In this document: positions 22,961-33,990 of the stretch, one piece after another
Layout of the letters: every line of letters starts with the position of its first letter
Numbering within the stretch: position 1 is the first letter of the stretch
Assembly: GCF_001194135.2 (NCBI RefSeq)
Contig: NC_068990.1
Span: 87,884,035 to 87,948,034 of the forward strand
Direction: 5' to 3'
DNA length: 64,000 nt
Source: Octopus bimaculoides
Taxonomy: Eukaryota
Notes under the pieces: model-generated
Database searches by the model: none
What the model was told of the DNA's origin: nothing
The model's input: the letters and a program-made list of their open reading frames with translations, nothing else
Translations under genes and position numbers: made by a program

Positions 22961-24244
22961 TTATCTTTGTTTTCTGTTTTATTTAAATTTACTGAAGATA
23001 ATTTCTGTATTCCTTAATTTCTGATATTTGAATATTGTAGTTATATATAATTATTGAGACTTAATAATGTAGAATATGTCTTGGTATTAACTGACATTAA
23101 GCCATTCTACGATACAAAAATTAGAAGGAATTTTATTTCATGATTATACATATTTTATTAAATACTTGTCCTGTTGTATATATTTTATGCTTATATATAC
23201 TGTTAATAATAATGGTTGTCTCTTGAATCTGAGAAAAATGGTTAGGTTGCATGGTCAATATCTGTGGATACTTATGTGACTTCTTAGACTGAAGTGAGAC
23301 ACACAGATACGGCTGCAGGTCAGGCAAGGAACACCACTTGTTGAGATAGGAGCAGACACCTTTCTTTGTCTCTTATGGCTTGCCTTGAGACAATCTATAC
23401 ACCAGTTGGTTTAGAAATTGTTTGCTGCAAGGGTCGTAGGTTGTACCACTTGGTCTGCTCAGTCCAGTTGTATTCATTTCATAGTTATATGTATTATTGA
23501 ATATTTGTCTAATTGTATATATTTCTTAGTCTTATCAGTCTCACTTTTATCTATGTAAAATTTTATCTATACTTATATCTAGATTCTGATACTAGATTTT
23601 TGTTCAGGTGCAACAGTTGCTTATTCACCTTATTAAGTTGTTAAATGAGAATAAAACTTAATAATCAAAACAGAAACAAAATACACCAAGATAAAGTAAA
23701 ATGTGCAAGTGAGTGTGACGTTCTTTTATTTTGCAGGCATTGCTAAATGTCTTCAAACATTTATTAAATGTAATTATCTATAGAAAATCAAATGGAGTTA
23801 GTTTGTTGAAAGAAAGAAATCTAGTTACTGTAAGATGTGGAGAAATCAATGGGTTTAGAAAGTTTTTTGATGTAGTGAAATAACGGCCAGTGCTAATCAA
23901 GATAGTCAAACAGTAGAGAGAAGTTCAATAAGGTTGAGAAAAATTGTTTTTACACATTTTGTGAGGGTGGAGGCTGACTGCAATTATAAGTCAGCGGGTG
24001 ATCTGGGAAGGAAGTAATCAAGGCATGAAAGTTCAGATTGAAAAATAATTAAAATAAAAATTAGGCTGGGAGTGTTAACTGTTGTAGGGTATAAGGTTGT
24101 ATATTTTAAAAGGTAAATCTTTAAAGCTAAAGTAAACTTAAGAGTAGCCAGGTGGATATTGTAAAGTGTGGGTTAATGTATCTTAAACAGATGCTGATAT
24201 AAGGGAAAATGGTAGTGATTTATGATTGGTCAGTGAAAGGAGTG

Positions 24245-24535
24245 ACAAGATATAGCTTGATGCCCTTCCTAACACCAACCAATTTACAGAGTGTGCTGGG
24301 TGCCTTTACATAGCACCACATAAGCACTTTTATGTGGCACTGGCACAGGACTCTTGTCGGCCAATCCTTTTCACCAGGGTGAGCAGCCTTAACACTTTTG
24401 CTGTGGAGTACGGGTCTTCTTGAGTACAGCAAAGCACCAGGCATCTTCATCCTTTGTCATCTCATCTGAAAGATTCAGCAATCTGGTCATCCTTCAGTAC
24501 TTCATTTCATGTCTTCCTGATGGCACTATTCTACA
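24245..24535 (-). mobile_element. RTE LINE 3' fragment: ORF C-terminus joined to the family-D module
   Basis: With frameshifts the minus strand approximates RKTxNEVLKDD..LLNLSDEMTKD.DAWCFAVLKKTR, followed by the GTGCCACATAAAAGTGC subrepeat and GGTTGGTGTTAGGAAGGGCATC. Confidence 0.7.
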
Positions 24536-24755
24536 TATCTAGGAAATAGAATTCCTTCATTTCTTTCTAGTCTTTATAAATTCTTTCGATTCAGATCCAC
24601 ATCTCACTACAAACCAAACAGCATCACACTTCATTCACAAGCATCATGCAATGTACGTTTTACTTTGATGGAAAAACACTTTACTTCCAACAACAGGAAT
24701 TGGTCCCTGAACTGTTCTCAACCCATTTTCTTACTAAGACATGTATGTATGTATG

Positions 24756-24953
24756 GGAGAATTCATGTAAAAACAACAGACGAAGACAGGTGGTGTAAAC
24801 AACAAATGGATGTATTAGTATAACGCTCGGGAATAGAGAAAGTCTTTAACGTTTCGAGCCTACGCTCTTCAACAGAAAGGAACACAGAAAGAAATGAGAG
24901 AAACAAAGAGAGAAAAAAAAATATATGTAGTGGTCAGCAATCTATCATGGCGA
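24756..24953 (-). mobile_element. Penelope-like pseudo-LTR-type fragment inserted in an (ATGT)n tract
   Basis: CpG-rich segment of about 200 bp flanked on both sides by ATGTATGTATG, carrying a Penelope-type minimal hammerhead motif. Confidence 0.6.
24844..24879 (-). ncRNA. Minimal type-I hammerhead ribozyme motif with an A6U core substitution
   Basis: 5'-CUUU CUGUUGA A GAGC-GUAG-GCUC GAAA CG U U AAAG-3': stem I CUUU/AAAG, stem II GAGC/GCUC with a tetraloop, palindromic ACGU stem III. The core CUGAnGA reads CUGUUGA. Confidence 0.65.
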
Positions 24954-26119
24954 ATGTATGTATGTACGTATGTATGTATGAATGTATGTATGTGTAAATC
25001 AACGTGTGAGTTTATATATTATTTGGACATATATTTGGTTACATATGATTTGTTTCCTATCTTTATATATATCATAATGCTCATTTAACATCCGTCTTCT
25101 ATGCTGGCTTTGGAGGTCAGGCAGTTTGACAGGATCTGGTGACCTGCCGGGCTGTGCTGAGCTCTATACACATCTATCTCTTCCACCTGACATCTCTTTA
25201 TACTAATATTTCTCATCAACTGCATCTCCGCCTTTGTTCATCACTCACAATTTTCTTCTCTATCCCCATCTCTAACCAACTGTTATTCTCTGCCCTCTTG
25301 CTTTTGTGTGTGTGTGTGCGTGTGTGTGTGCGTCTGTCTGTCTGCATCTATTTATATACGCGTGTGTGTGTGTATTTGTGCCTGTCTGTATACACACACA
25401 CACACTGTACTTTTGTTTGAAGCAGAAATTATTTTATTTATTTCTTGTGTATCTACAAGCAGCTAATTTTGTTTATAGGCCTCCCGTTCCCCACCCGGCC
25501 CTCCAACCATACTTATTTAATAGACAGGTAAATTAATTTACTACAGTTTTTTCTTTTTATCCTTCAATTTTCCTTTATCTTAGTCTGCAAGGATTCATTT
25601 TATGACTAACGAACATTGAGAACCGTTTTTATATTTTCTTTTCATGTCTAGTTTATTTATATACTTCTTATAATTATCCCCCTTTTTCCATCATTGTCGT
25701 CATCATCATCATCATCATCATCATTATCATCATTATTTGTGGCAATAAACATTACATATATCTATTCCAAAGGAATTACCCTTTGTCTTGGATTCAATTC
25801 TTCAGCCCTCATCAGCAATAAACTTCTTATGACTCTTTTATTTCTTGTCTTCAAATTATATAGTTTCCTTTTGTTATTTAACTATTTTTCATATTTTTTC
25901 TAATCACCATTTTTGTAATTACTATTCAGATTTTTCAGTTCTTTGCATTCTTAGAAGAAATTTCACCACAACCAACTTTTCCTTCCACCCTTCCGGGGTC
26001 AATAAAATAAAGTACCAGTCAAGTACCAGTCAAGTACCAGTATCAACTAACCTCCTCTCTCAAACTTCAAGCTTTGTATCTATGTCAGAAACAATTATTA
26101 TTATTTATTTATTTATTAA

Positions 26120-26344
26120 TTTCCCACAGGGGGCTAAACATAGAGGGGAAAAACAAGGACAGACAAAGGGATTAAGTCGATTACATCAATCCCAGTGCAT
26201 AACTGGTATTTATTTAATTGACCCCAAAAGGATGAAAGGCAAAGTCGACCTCGGCGGAATTTGAACTCAGAATGTAACAGCAAACGAAATACCACCAAGC
26301 ATTTTGCCCGGTGTGCTAACGATTCTGCCAGCTCACTGCCCTTT
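26120..26344 (-). mobile_element. Family-A SINE with an alternative 3' end
   Basis: Head GGGCAGTGAGCTGGCAGAATCGTTAGCAC and B-box GAGTTCAAATTCCGCCGAGG are well preserved, but the 3' part is CCCTTTGTCTGTCCTTGTTTTTCCCCTCTATGTTTAGCCCCCTGTGGGAA instead of ...GCCTTGTGCCTAGAGTAGAAAG. Confidence 0.85.
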
Positions 26345-26380
<36 letters not shown>

Positions 26381-26383
<3 letters not shown>

Positions 26384-26538
26384 TAGTTTTATTTTTATAA
26401 CGTGCTTTCACTTCACTACCGAGCGCAGCTCTGTGTGCCTTGGGTATGAGCTGTGGTTTACTGTGAGGCTCTTATGGTTACTGTATTGAAAGTGTTTTGC
26501 GTAGGATGTGTGCAGTGCCCAGTAGTGCAATTTTCTGT
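26381..26538 (-). mobile_element. R4-clade LINE extreme 3' fragment, family 1
   Basis: QKIALLGTAHILRKTLSIQ* plus a 3' UTR nearly identical to the copy at 31760-31915, ending in (AAT)n at 26347-26380. Confidence 0.9.
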
Positions 26539-27372
26539 TTAGTTATAGCAGTGATAGTATTTCTATTTTCATTATTTAATCAGAATATGTTGCGCAGTGA
26601 TGTTCATATCCTTTGCAAACTCTACAAGACTAATGAGGATGATTCAAAACTCTCACCTGAGTTATCCAAGGTCAACTGCTTGGCTCTTGAAAACATGTAC
26701 CTCCTCAGCTGCAGTAGCACCTACTTATATGTTTAATTTGACAATTTTATTGGTGGGTGATAAAGCATCATACCACTTATTAGAATATCATTTTAATCTA
26801 AGTTGACTGATAATAAATTTTGTCATAATCCTGAAATAATTTGAAAAGTGGGAAATGATTTAAAAAGAGTTAAATAATAAATGGATATAATTGCATATCA
26901 TTGGTCTAGACACTCAGTTACAGCAGCTGTCCCTCACCATCATTGCTCTGACTTGGCAATAATCCTGCCAACTTTTAATGTTTAATAGGGAATACATCAA
27001 GGCAGTAGTGAATAAGCTTTAACTCTATTACAGCTTTCAGTTGATTTACATGTAACTATTATTTCATCTGTTATTAACAATTCTGTTTGAAGTGCGCTGG
27101 TTAGTGGAAACTGTAAAGTGACACACTAAAACTCACCAACAGCATTTTGTTTCATCAGTCTTATATGTGCTGGGATCAAATCATCACAAGGTACCTACTT
27201 TGCTTTCTTCTTTTTTTTTATTCCTTTGGAATTGATGGTACAAGTATCAAACATGTACTTAGTATTAGTTCAAAAAGACTGCTGAGAGGTACAAGAACCA
27301 ACACATTCTTATCCACAAAATTTTGGTCTTGTGCCTATGTAAGAAATTGTTATTGTTGTTGTTCTTATTGTT

Positions 27373-27806
27373 AAGGTAGTGAGCTGGCAGAATCATTAGC
27401 ACTCCAGACAAAATGCTTAGTAGCATTTCTTCCATCTTTACATTCTGAGTTCAGTTTCTGCCAAATCAGCTTTGCTTTCCATACATTCAAGGTCATTGAA
27501 ATAAGGACCAGTTGAACACTGAGGTCAATGTATTCAACTAGACCCCTTCCCCAAAAATTTCAGGCTTTGTGCTTATTCTAGAAAGGATTATCAGTATTTT
27601 GAGGCAGTAAGATGGCTGAATCATTCGTGCATTGGACAATATGCTTAGCAGCATTTCTTCCACCTTTTTACAATCTGAGCTCAAGTCCTGCAAAGATCAA
27701 CTTTGCCTTTGTCGATAAAATAAAGTACCAGTCAAGTATTGGGTTGATGTAAGCAACTAACAGCCTACACACTAAAACTGTTGGCTTTGTACCAGAATTT
27801 GAAACA
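27373..27806 (+). mobile_element. Two tandem family-A SINEs followed by (ATT)n
   Basis: Copies at about 27373-27587 and 27601-27806, then (ATT)n to about 27860. Confidence 0.85.
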
Positions 27807-30800
27807 ATTATTATTATTATTATTATTATCATTATTATTATCATTATTATTATTATTATTTTAGAAGTGATGGAATATCAAAAACAGCAATGCTGGACAT
27901 TTTGTCCAGTATTTTGCATTAATGAGAAGTGATTATGAAGAATGTTTGCAATATAAGCTAAATTACTGAATTGGAAATTGTGTGTAGAATATTTGATATG
28001 ACTACTGGGGTCATTTTGGGTTGTGTATAAAAGTTATGAATCATATCATCCTACAAACATGCTTTTATTTTTATTTGTTATCAAAATTATTATAACAATA
28101 ATAATCTGTACTGTATTTCTTAGTTTCACATCCCCATACTCCTACATTTTACTGCTTTTTTTTTTTTGCGTAGGTCCTTGCACTTTGATAGATTTTTGAC
28201 ATTTTTTTTGGTGAACATTCTAGTTAGAAGCAGCCAAAATATCCATCTCTTTAATCATGATATCCGAATAGTTTGATCACTGTCAGTTGAGACAGACATA
28301 ACTATGAGTGCCATAGCATTGACATTAATCACAACTTGGATTTGATGCTTGCTTGTACATTTATTTTCACGTTTGACATGGAAAGTTTTATAGCAACATT
28401 TCTCCACCTTTATTCTCTTCAAGCACCCTTGAAATACAGTCCATATTTCAAAGAAATTCCTACATAAAAATTATTATATATTTTTATTCATCTTTTCCTT
28501 TTTCTTTCATAAAGTGAAATTTCATAAGAAATTTAACAAATCATAAAACTGTCTTTGAATGTTTGGCAATATTAAAGCCATCAGATACATCAAAGAAAGC
28601 TTAAGAGATTTTTTTCTTGAGCAAAACCTTAATTAGATCAAATTCCCCTATAATTCTCTATCAAGGGGTCACTTTTTCATACAAGGTATCCTTACAAAAG
28701 GCTAGGATTTCCCTATGTTAGAGAATATACCACATGCATATATACAATAAAATTATGAATATAAAATTGAACGTAAAAATAACCAAAAATGCATTTACAC
28801 ATATCACCATTTCTCACAGTATCAAAAAGTTATGAAGAAAAGCATTTAGGAAATGCTGGTCATATTTGGTTATATTCTAATGTTCATCCATCGTTATCGA
28901 CGATGACCAAGAACATCACATGGGAAAAGAGGATGGATCACAGTATGTCCAGCTGCGGCCAACTAGTCTGATGTATGCTTAGAAGGTTCGGCCATAGGTC
29001 AGGTACTGGTGGTCATCTTGTCCTTTCAACTTTCTTTGTCCCTCACCACCACTTAACGACGATGTTGGTGTGTTCACATCCCCATAACTTAGTGGTTTGG
29101 CCAAAGAGACCAATAGAACAAGTACCAGACTTTAAAAAAATAAGTCCTACAGTCAGTTTCTTCGACTAAAACCCCTCAAAGTACTGCCCCCGCATGGTCA
29201 CAGTCAAATAACTGAAACAAGTAAAAGACAGAGAAACATTTTGTTTTCCAAGTCCCTTTACTAAACTAACCAGTATTTTTCAGTCCCCACTGTGGTAATT
29301 TAGTAATAATTCTTTCTCTACATTACAAACTTTTCCTCCATGTATGTGTGATAAGTATATCCTGTCTGTTTCAGCTTTTAGGATTGTAGGTTTGGAATGC
29401 AATTAACTTTTTTTTAGTTTTTAGCTTTTCTACCTAAGTTCCTCGGTACACTTAACACCCTATTTATTATATTAAAGTTGTAATTTGTGAATGGGTTGAT
29501 TAATGTATTCATACCTATTATCACATATCTGGCAGTAATCTGAAATATTCTTCTCTTCATTTTTGCATATTATATCTTCTAATTCTCTGATTTCAGTGTC
29601 TAACTCAACTTGATATTTTAAGTTTTAATTTATTTGCCTCTTCTGAGGGTATCTTTCACATTTTTGTCTAATTTCATACTCATCTTGATATTACTGCTAA
29701 ATCCATCTATAAGCATTTAAGTAGGTTCTCCAGTTGGGTGGTACTTTTTATGTGTACAGAAGATTGAACATAGTTTCTTAATTTTTTCTTCTTTCTTCAG
29801 AGCATTTGTAATAAATGGAGTCAGAACAAGACAGAAGAAATAGTTTTTCTTATGAAGATAGAACTGGTTTTTATTATCTTCTCTATTTTGCTGTGCTATG
29901 GATATTTTTCATTTGACATGGTATGGTTGATGTACTATCTTAGTATTAGGGTTACTGTTTATTTACTGTAACTCTACTCATGACCATCACCATCATCATC
30001 ATCATCTTGGTTTTTGCCATGTTGGCATGCATCAACTGGTATCTCACAATGTCTTCACCATTTGTCATAGTCCTTTATCATTTCTGGCATTCATAGCAAC
30101 AGAGACAACCAACCAACTTTGCTATTGTGTGTATGTCTATTTTTTTTTATATTTATCTATTTTTTGTATGATTTTTGTGTATTGATGCCCTTTCTATTAT
30201 AAAGTACTTTAAAGCATGACCTGCATATATTTTATCATACACTGGCATCGAATAGGTTGCCTGTGGAAGAATGGAAGAATCCTAGATACTGAAATATGGA
30301 GTGTGGTTTCTGTTGAAAGATTTGCAATAATTAGATGTGGTGTACTTAGGTTTTGATTTCTGCTATCTTCAGTGAAATGAGTTTTGTGTTATGGTAAGGT
30401 GATACTATCCAGATAAACATCCAACCTGCTGTAAAGTTGGTGGTGAAATGGTAGAATTGTTGGAGCATTGGTCAAAATTCCTTGTGGCATTAGTTTTAGA
30501 TCCTTGCACTCTGAGTTTAAATCCCACTTATATCAACTTTGCCTACCATTTTCTTTGGGAAGGGTTTCATAAAATTAAATGCCAGTCTAGAGCAGTGGAT
30601 TGACATAATGGATAGAGCATTGTTTGAGATGCCTTGTGGTTGTTGTTCTGAGTTCTTGGATGGTAGAATTAATCCATCACCTAATTTAATACCACTACCC
30701 AGTCCTTGGGTGATTTTAGCAGAGTTTGCTCTGTTGCAAGCATTCAAGCCAGTTCTCTGATTTAAAGATAACTTCCTTCCTTCTCCATCAATCTCAGCGG

Positions 30801-30954
30801 CCCTGAAAAACTATGGCTATAGGCACTGTCTTTCCTTTCTAAATAAACAGCAAAAAAGAAAATATATATTGATATTAGAACTGTGTATATTATTGATAAA
30901 CATATCATTGGTCTAAAGTTTGTTTTGGCAGATTAGTATTATTTTACCCTATAG

Positions 30955-31305
30955 CAATGATTCTCAAATAATGTACAGCAGTGCACTGCTTTGCTACACT
31001 GCAGTATCACAAAGGATATCTAAATGCACCAAAAGGTGTATCTAGCTGCACCACAGATATTTAAAAATATAATTTAAGGCTTTAGAAAATTCTAAACTAG
31101 TGCTTGAGTGTCTTAAAAATGTATTATTTACGAACTCGTTTAAACATAAATGTGATTAATAAAAGAAAGTAAGTAATAGTTTTCTGAATATTCTCTAAAT
31201 TTTTAACAAGAGATTTTTTTTTTCTTAATTTCCATGTGATGTGTGCCAATAATTTTTTATCTGATCTCCAGTGCAACATGAAATCAAAAAGATTGAAAAC
31301 TACTG
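30955..31305. mobile_element. Possible Charlie-type hAT MITE
   Basis: Ends CAATGATTCTCAA and TTGAAAACTACTG resemble CAGTGGTTCTCAA TIRs. No TSD is recognisable. Confidence 0.4.
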
Positions 31306-31512
31306 TTAAAATATAGCCACCAGTTTTTTTGTTTTTTATTGCATTATTTGTAATTAAGTGAATGCTGTTGTAGCTTTGTGTATACTCATTAACTGCTTTA
31401 ACTAGAAATTGGAGACTCTATAAATTCTGGGTACTCTCCAGTTGCTTAGTGGCCTTGAATGTGTTAGTAAATTCTCCAGTTACAGAGTTCTTTCTATCCA
31501 TTGTACATTTTT

Positions 31513-31729
31513 ACTGCAGAATCTTTTGTACATCTAACTAAATGTTTTGTAGTATTTCTTCCAGCTCTTTACATTCTGAGTTCAAATTCCCTCAAGGTTC
31601 ACTTTTGTCCCTTCAAGTACCAGTTGAGCACTGGGGGTGGGGTCAATGTAATTGATTACCACCTTCCCACTAAACATGTTAGCCTTGTACCAAAATTTCA
31701 AACCAGGCCTTGTAACTATAGTGAAAACA
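31513..31729 (+). mobile_element. Family-A SINE whose (ATT)n flank is shared with an R4 element
   Basis: CTGAGTTCAAATTCC B-box and CAAGTACCAGTTGAGCACTGGGG body, followed by (ATT)n at 31730-31759. Confidence 0.8.
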
Positions 31730-31759
<30 letters not shown>

Positions 31760-31762
<3 letters not shown>

Positions 31763-32663
31763 TAGTTTTATTTTTATAACGTGCTTTCACTTCACTACCG
31801 AGCGCAGCTCTGTGCGCCTTGGGTATGTGCTGTGGTTTGCTGTGGTGCTCTTATGTTTACTGTATTGAAAGTGTTTTGCGTAGAATGTGTGCAGTACCCA
31901 GTAGTGCAATTTTCTGTATGTTATATATATTTGTAAGTCCTGCTATTTTTGTTATGTATTTGTCTGAATATTTTTTTATTATACCTAAGGCACCTACTAT
32001 GATAGGAATTGTTTCTGTTTTTAGATTCCACATTCGAGTTATCTCTATTTCCAGGTCTTTGTATTTTGAAAGTTTNNNNNNNNNNNNNNNNNNNNNNNNN
32101 NNNNNNNNNNNNNNNNNNNNNNNNNNNNNNNNNNNNNNNNNNNNNNNNNNNNNNNNNNNNNNNNNNNNNNNNNNNNNNNNNNNNNNNNNNNNNNNNNNNN
32201 NNNNNNNNNNNNNNNNNNNNNNNNNNNNNNNNNNNNNNNNNNNNNNNNNNNNNNNNNNNNNNNNNNNNNNNNNNNNNNNNNNNNNNNNNNNNNNNNNNNN
32301 NNNNNNNNNNNNNNNNNNNNNNNNNNNNNNNNNNNNNNNNNNNNNNNNNNNNNNNNNNNNNNNNNNNNNNNNNNNNNNNNNNNNNNNNNNNNNNNNNNNN
32401 NNNNNNNNNNNNNNNNNNNNNNNNNNNNNNNNNNNNNNNNNNNNNNNNNNNNNNNNNNNNNNNNNNNNNNNNNNNNNNNNNNNNNNNNNNNNNNNNNNNN
32501 NNNNNNNNNNNNNNNNNNNNNNNNNNNNNNNNNNNNNNNNNNNNNNNNNNNNNNNNTTTTCTCTGTCTATTTCTTTCGCATTTAGTTTAGCCCAGTATTT
32601 ACCATGTAGGGGCTTTTCTTGCCATCGTTTTATCATGGTCCGTTGCTGTTCTAGTTTTAGTTT
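31760..32663 (-). mobile_element. R4-clade (Dong/Rex6-like) LINE 3' fragment, family 1, with both ends in (TAA)n
   Basis: KRWQEKPLHGKYWAKLNAKEIDRE [gap] KLSKYKDLEIEITRMWNLKTETIPIIVGALG...IQKIALLGTAHILRKTLSIQ* (stop at 31857). The 3' UTR has a GCGCA-cagagc-TGCGC hairpin (31802-31817). (TAA)n lies at both junctions. Confidence 0.92.
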
Positions 32664-32706
32664 TATTATTATTATTACTATTATTATTATTATTATTATC
32701 ATTATT

Positions 32707-32913
32707 ATTACCCTGCGCACGTAAGCAAAAGCAGGGTATTGTAATCACTCATCTTAGTCTGTTTATTTGCAAAATTACTGAAAAATGGCTGAAAAGATTT
32801 TCACCAAATTTGGCAGAAATACTCATTGGGTGAGTGACTCAAACTGATGAAAATTTGGTTTGATAATCTTCAAACATGTATAAATACATACATAGATATG
32901 CGACTCCGTGTAC

Positions 32914-32973
<60 letters not shown>

Positions 32974-33262
32974 ATGTGTGCGTGTGTGCATGCATGTGTG
33001 CATGCGTGCGTGCATGTATTTGATGGATTTGAGGGTTTCATTTATTTATGAGTTGATTTCTTAATTTCACCTGCGTACCTGAAAAAAAAAATTTTTTTAA
33101 TCAAACTTTCAAATTTCCCAATCAGCAACTTTAGTCAAACACTTACAAAGCTTAATTCAGTTCAGTTAAAAAGCATGGGTAAACAACACATTGTAAGCCA
33201 CGCTATAATTTGCGAAAAAATTTATCTGAATGCAAGGTATTCATCACCCCTCCGATGCTATT
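32707..33262 (+). mobile_element. Helentron-associated interspersed element (HINE/DINE-1-like)
   Basis: 5' subterminal TACCCTGC (32709-32716) with nearby inverted copy GCAGGGTA (32731-32738), internal (GT)n, 3' subterminal GCAAGGTA (33232-33239), short CATC...GATG stem-loop, T-rich end. Confidence 0.55.
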
Positions 33263-33418
33263 TTTTTCATTATAATTATCATCATCATGGCACCTAGAAT
33301 GTCGTCAGGCACTCACAGCCCTCTACCAATCAGGCAATGGGATCAGTGGATGTTCTGCTTTAGAAATTTGTAGAGGTTACTATATCCGGCCTTCAGTTTT
33401 CTAATCATTATTATTATT

Positions 33419-33990
33419 AAGGCAACCAGCTTGCAGAATCATTGGAGCATTGAGAAAAAATACTTTACAGTATTTTATTCCAGCTCTATACATTCTGAGT
33501 TCAAATCTTATCAAGGTCAACTTTGGTTTTCTTCTTTTTATGATTGATAAGATAAAGTGTCTGTCAAGTACTGGGGTCAGTGGTATCAATCAAACCCCTC
33601 CCTTCAAACTGCTGGTTTTATGCCTAAATTATAAATTATTGTTGTTTCTATGCGGTAATGCAGTATTTATATACACCTCCTTATGTTCTCAGTTGAATCA
33701 ACTTTGCTTCTCCTCCCTCTAGGGATCAATATAATTAACTGTACCCTCCTATGAAAATTTATGGACTTGTGCCAGTGATATAAATCAACATTATTATAAG
33801 AGAGTGGACGGTATAACTGGTAGGGTGCGGGATAGAATACCTTGTAGTATTTAGAAATTCCCCTTTTCTATTCTGAGTTCAAATCTTCTTAGGATTGGTT
33901 TTATCATTCATTATTCTTCTGAGCAGCTACGGAAATAAAACAAATAGCAGTATTTCCTTGGGTGTCAGTCAGATTGATTATAGTTCCTTC
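33419..33990 (+). mobile_element. Cluster of three family-A SINEs, the 3' copies more decayed
   Basis: CTGAGTTCAAAT B-boxes at about 33496 and 33873, a degenerate TTCTCAGTTGAATC at about 33687, and repeated GGG(G/A)TCAAT... bodies. Confidence 0.7.

Noticed and set aside
26120-31760. Idea that family-A SINEs are mobilised by the Dong-like R4 element because both associate with TAA/ATT
   Set aside because: They share no 3' sequence and have opposite tract polarity (SINE 3' ends are followed by ATT, R4 3' ends by AAT).
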